DNA of 64,000 nt, taken from the NCBI GenBank assembly GCA_014905635.1, contig CM026547.1, positions 3,472,001-3,536,000 on the forward strand. Reading direction: 5' to 3'. Made by a program: the position numbers and the translations under genes. The DNA comes from Scenedesmus sp. PABB004. Lineage: Eukaryota. Below are positions 58,977 through 64,000 of this stretch, piece by piece; the stretch's first letter is position 1; every line of letters begins with the position of its first letter. The notes beneath the pieces are model-generated. The model was not told the DNA's origin, ran no database searches, and worked only from the letters and a program-made list of their open reading frames with translations.

Positions 58977-60023
58977 ATGGAGCGCACGCTGCTCAACCCG
59001 GGCTTCTTCCTGCTCGCGCCGCTGGCGGTGGCAACCTGCTGCTTCGCCGTGAGCGTGGGCTCGCCGGACCGCTTCATCGACTGGCCCTACCTCTGGCTGC
59101 TCTTCAGGAACATCAGCCCCTACTTCTGGGCCGTGACGGGCGTGGCGCTCTGCGTGGGCACCTCGATCCTCGGCGCCGCGTGGTGCGCACGCAGCGCCGC
59201 GCCGCGGCGGCGGCCGCGCGACCGACCGCGCCAGTGGCGGCGCGGCTGCGGTGGCGGCCGTCCGCTGGCGCACCCGGCGCGGGGGCCCACGCCGCCTGCC
59301 GCCCACCGCGCGCCGCGCCCGGGCGCCGCCGCAGGGGCATCTTTGTGACGGGCAGCAGCCTGGTGGGCGCGGCCATCCGCGTGCCGCGCATCACGTCCAA
59401 GAACCTCATCAGGCGCGCCACCGCAGCGCGGCCCGCGTGGCGCTTTTTTGGGCGCGCGGCGCTTCCGGCGCTCCCGGCGCGCGCCGCGACGCGCCGCGCG
59501 CGCCCCTCCGCGACGCGCCGCGCCGCGCCGCCGCCCCCCACGCGCGCAGCATCATCTTCTGCGAGGCTGTGGCCATCTATGGCGTCATCGTGGCCATCAT
59601 CCTGCAGACCAAGCTCGAGGCGGTCAGCCGCGAGCAGGGGCTCTTCACCAAGGGCAACATGGCCGCCGGCTACGCCATCTTTGGCGCGGGGCTCACCTGC
59701 GGCTTCAGCAACCTCGTGTGCGGGTGCGTCGCCGCGGCGCCCGGCGCGGCGCGGCGCGGCGCGGCGATGCGGTGGCAGAGCCGGCGGCGGCCGCGCGGCG
59801 CGCGCGCCGACGCCGCGCGTCCGCGCGTCCGCGCCCGCCCGGCGCCGCGCGCAGCATGTGCGTCGGCATCGTGGGCAGCAGCTGCGCGCTGAGCGACGCG
59901 CAGAACTCGACGCTGTTCGTGAAGATCCTGGTCGTCGAGATCTTTGGCTCCGCGCTCGGCCTCTTTGGGGTGATCGTGGGCATCATCATGGCCGGCAGCC
60001 AGGGCTTCGCGCGCGTCACCTGA
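58977..60023 (+). CDS. VMA16: V-type ATPase proteolipid subunit c'' (21 kDa), 4 exons
   Basis: [62 protein letters not shown]. Confidence 0.95.
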
Positions 60024-60490
60024 CGCCGCCGCGCGGGGGCGCGCCTCGCCGGCGGGGGACGCGGGCGGCGGCAGCGGGGCCGGGCTGGGGCTTTGCTTGG
60101 GGGCTTGCTTGGGGGCGGCGCGGCGCGGGGACGGCGCGGCGCAGCGGGCCCGGGGTGCGAGCGGGTGCGTGCCGCGCGTGCCGCGCGTCGACGTGCAACC
60201 ACGGGGCCCTGCGACCGCCCCTGCGACCGCCCAGCCCGCAGTGACAGCTGCGAGCGCGCGCGTCGGAGAACCACCGCCGGCCGTCCGCTCGCGCGCCGGC
60301 GCCGGCGCCGCCGCTGCCGTGCCCCTAGCCCGCTCCCGGCGCCCGGCTCGCCCACAGACCCTGAGGTCGCCCCTCTCTCACGCGCGCCGCGCCGCGCGGC
60401 CAATCGCGCGCGTCCTCGCTGGCAGCAGCACCCGCATCGAGCACCTTCTTCGCCTCGCCGTCCGCGCCGGCCGGCGGCGCTCTCCGCGCC

Positions 60491-63400
60491 ATGCTGCCTC
60501 ACGACCTGCTCCACGGCGGCGCCGTGGGGCAGGGCAGCGCCCATGGCGCGCGCGGCCTCGCCCCGCGCGGCTTCCTGGGCTCCAGCGGTGCCCGCCTGGC
60601 GCCGCCCGGGCGCTGGGCGGGTGGCGAGCCCGGCCGGCCGGCCTGGGGCGGCGCGGCGGGCGCGCCCGGCGGCGCCAGCGCGCCGCGGCCCATCCCAACG
60701 CGCGCCCAGGCGCTGGCGAGCGCGGTGGAGGCGCCCCCCGGCCCCGCGGGCGGGCCGTCCGCGGTGGTGGACTTCGGCTACGCCCGGGACATCGAGGCCA
60801 AGTATGACTGGGGCGCGGAGCTGGGCAAGGGCGGCAACGGGCTCGTGCGCGTCGTGGTCGACCGCGCCAGCGGCGCCGAGTTCGCGTGCAAGGCCATCGG
60901 CAAGACGCTGAAGGGCGACTACAGCGCCCAGAAGCGCGCCGGCCACGCGGACAGCATCCGGCGCGAGGTCGAGGTGCTGCGCCGCCTCGCGGGCAGCCTC
61001 AACATCGTGCGCCTCGTCGACGTGTACGAGGACGCCGACAACGTCTACATCGTGCAGGAGCTCTGCAAGGGCGGCGAGCTGTGGCACCGCATCGGCGAGC
61101 GCCACTACAGCGAGCGCACGGTGCGCGCCGCCGCCGGCGCGTGCGCCGCTGCGCGCTGCTGCTGCTGCGGCGCCCAGAGAGCGGGCGCGCCGCATGCATG
61201 CGCGCGGCGCCTTGGGCAGCAGCAGCGTCAGCGCTAGCTAGCAGCAGCGGCAGCAGCGGCGGCAGCGCTGACAGCAGCAGCGGCGGCAGCAGCAGCTCAC
61301 CCCCGCCCCGCCCCGCCGCGCCGCGCCCCGCCGCGCCGCGCAGGTCGCGTCGTTCATGCGCGCGGTGCTGCGCACGGTCGCGCAGTGCCACTCGCACCGC
61401 ATCCTGCACCGCGACATCAAGCCCGGCAACTTCATGCTGCTCGACAGCAGCGAGCGCGCGCCGCTCAAGGCCATCGACTTTGGCCTCGCCACGCCGTTTG
61501 AGCCCGACGAGCTCCCGCGCCGCGACCTGGGCCTGGAGGGCACGCCCTGGTGAGCGGCGGCGCCGCGGCGGGCGGGGGACGGCGGGCACTCGCCGGCGCA
61601 GCGCGGCGGCGGGGCGGGGGCGGCGGCGCGCCGCGCCGGCCGGCCGGCCGCCGACGCCGAGCCCGGGGGCCGCCCGCCGCCGCAGGTACATGGCGCCCGA
61701 GGTGCTGAGCTCCGCGGTCACGCCCGCCAGCGACGTGTGGTCGGCGGGCGTGATGGCGTTCCAGCTGCTCACGGGGCGGCTGCCGTTTGACGACCACCGC
61801 AACCCCTTTGCGCCGAGCATCAGCGCGGTCTGGCGCAGCGTGCTCACCGACAAGGTCGACTTCAACATGCCCTGGTGGCAGGGCATCAGCGACGAGGCCA
61901 AGGACTTTGTCAACTCCCTGCTCAACAGGTGCGCCCGCGGCAGCGGACCGCAGCGGTGGCGGCGGCGGCAGCGCGAGCCGCGTGCCGCGAGCCGCGTGCC
62001 GCCTGCGGCGGCGGCGCCGCGTCCGACGCGCCCGCGCCGCCGCCGGCGCGCCGCAGGGACCCGCACCAGCGCCCGACCGCCAAGGAGGCGCTGAAGCACC
62101 CCTGGCTGCAGGGCAACAGCAGCGAGCGCAGCATCGGCAAGCAGATCGACGTGAGCGTCGTCGCGCGCATCCAGCGCTTTGCTCAGAACAACCGCTTCAA
62201 GCGCGGCGTGCTGCGCCTCATTGCGGAGGAGCTGCTCGCGCGCCCCGGCGCGCTCGCTGCCGAGTCGGCGCTCGCCGCCGAGGCGGCGGCCGCCGGCGGC
62301 GGCGCCGCCGCGGGCTGGCCCGCCGCGAGCCCGAGCAGCGGCAACCCGATCATCCACGACCCGCACGGCAAGGCGATGCAGGAGATTTTCCGCAGCCTGG
62401 AGCTCACGGGCGACGCGGTCGACCGCGAGCGCGCGGCGGTCGCGCTGAGCCGGTCGGGGTACAAGCTTGACCCGAGCGAGGTCGGGCGCCTGCTGGAGCA
62501 GGTCGACACGAGCAACAGCGGCAAGGTCCGCCGCGGCGCGCTCGCGGCGAGCCAGATCGACTGGCGCTACCTGCAGCAGAACCAGATGAGCGACTGGCTC
62601 GACATCGCGCGCCGCGCGTTTGCCTGCCTCGACAAGGACGCCGACGGCGCGCTGAGCGTGGCCGAGATCATGGACAGCCTGCGCGCCAAGCTGCCGCCCG
62701 ACGAGCTGCGCCTCACTGTGCAGCAGGCCATGCTCGACGCGGGGCACGAGGGTGAGCGAGCGGCGCCGCGCGGCGGGCGGCGGCGCCGGCAGCCCGCGCC
62801 GGCGGCTGGCTGGCTGCGGCAGCGCCGCCGCCCCGCTCGCGCGCGCGCCCACACCGTGCCCCCGCGCCGCGCCCGCGCCGCAGAGGACGCGGAGCACATG
62901 GACTTTGAGGGCTTCCTGCGCATGCTCAAGGTCGGCAGCGTGGACAGCCTCGACCAGTACGACGCGCGCTGGGACCGCCCGCTCGCGTCGTCGTCGATCG
63001 GGTCCATCGACCGCCTGCAGTCGCTGCTCGACGTCTCGCAGCACGGCAGCGACGCCGGCAGCACGCGCGGGCAGGGGCTCTACGCGGGCGTGGCGCCCGC
63101 GGGCGTCGGCGCCGCCGCGCCGGGCGCCGCGCCGGGCGCCGGGGCCGCCGACTACAGCGACAAGTCGTGGCACAAGCCGATGGTCAACTTTAAGTTTGAC
63201 TTTGGGCACGAGTTCATCGGCCGCAAGCTCAACGACGCGCCCGCGGCGGCGGCGCAGGGCCCGCCGCAGACGCGCGGCGCGCCCGACGCGGCGCCCGAGC
63301 TGCCGCCGGCCGCGCCCGCGCCCGCGCCCGCGGGCGGCATCAGCGCGAGCAGCTACTTCAACAACGGCGCCGTGCGCGGCGGCGGGCACTTTGACAAGCG

Positions 63401-63512
63401 CATGCACGGCGCGTCGCTCTACCGCAACCAGGTCGTCGCGCCCGGCCCCGCCGCCAAGCACGCGGGCGCGCCCCTGCTCGCGTCGCACGCGCTGCCGACG
63501 GTCAAGGAGTGA
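60491..63512 (+). CDS. Calcium-dependent protein kinase-like (kinase domain plus partly degenerate EF hands), 5 exons
   Basis: LGKGGNG, FACK, QELCKGGEL, HRDIKPGN, IDFG, GTPWYMAPE, DVWSAG; EF-like DTSNSGKV and DKDADGALSVAE. Confidence 0.92.
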
Positions 63513-64000
63513 GCGGGGGGAGGGGGAGGGGAGGGGCAGGGCAGCCCTCGGCTGCCCCTTTTTTGCGGCCCGCGGCGTGTGCCGCGCCGCCAGAACCTCA
63601 TACACGCGGCTCTGAGCCGCCGCCCGCCTGGCCTGTACACGAGGCTTGATTGATTGGCGCGCAACCGCTCACCCACCGAGCGTGCTGCGGCGCCGCTAGC
63701 GAGTGGCTCGACTGTGTCTGGCAGCGGGCGCTGGGGCGCGAGCGCGCGGGCGGCAAGGCCCTTGTGGCTGTGCCGACCCGCTGGTGATGCGTGGACTGTC
63801 TTGTTGCGTGCGTGGGCTGTTTTGTGCTGCCGGCACTTGAAGCTGGCAGCGGCCCTTCACACGGCGTAGTAAAGTGGGGCGCTTGTGGCCTGCCTTGTGT
63901 GGCCGAGCGCGCCGCGGAGGAGGAGCGTGGGAGGTGAGGGTCCGGCGTGTAGCACAACGCGGCGGCACAACGCGTCAGTTCAGCACGCACACCTCGGGCC

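Noticed and set aside
1..64000. Hundreds of long overlapping Arg/Ala/Pro-rich ORFs on both strands
   Set aside because: Expected from stop-codon scarcity at extreme GC; they are shadow frames and intron read-through.
1..64000. tRNA, rRNA, transposase, reverse transcriptase or viral genes
   Set aside because: No recognisable signatures by eye; a covariance-model or HMM scan would be needed to exclude small RNAs.

Overview
Extremely GC-rich, intron-dense eukaryotic DNA. The TGTAA-type poly(A) signals, short GC-rich introns, gene content and G/C-ending codons point to a chlorophyte green alga nuclear genome (inference). Most long six-frame ORFs are GC artefacts, so genes were rebuilt by joining exons by eye and boundaries are approximate. 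About 22 gene models were found: isochorismatase-like, two LRR proteins, two paralogous secreted glycoside-hydrolase-like proteins, organellar uS17, MOCS3/UBA4, an RS-rich protein with an AF4/CWZF-like C-terminus, AUX1/LAX-like permease, a HAD phosphatase pseudogene, TauD/TfdA dioxygenase, ABC1 kinase, BTB-MATH, DUF506, TBC1D31, two tandem CRY-DASH genes, ABCE1, PP2C, V-ATPase c'', a CDPK-like kinase and two unknown proteins. Four observations stand out. (1) An ~8.3 kb island (18080-26410) carries a full-length AUX1/LAX-like transporter and an Fe/2OG dioxygenase; it lies between two ~1 kb direct repeats of the ABC1K 3' end and has a different intron style. (2) A near-identical CRY-DASH tandem pair diverges mainly at the ELxWRDF lesion-binding motif (W to V) and at the termini. 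(3) GC-AG introns are very frequent. (4) Two genes belong to an apparently uncharacterised secreted clan-A-like hydrolase family.
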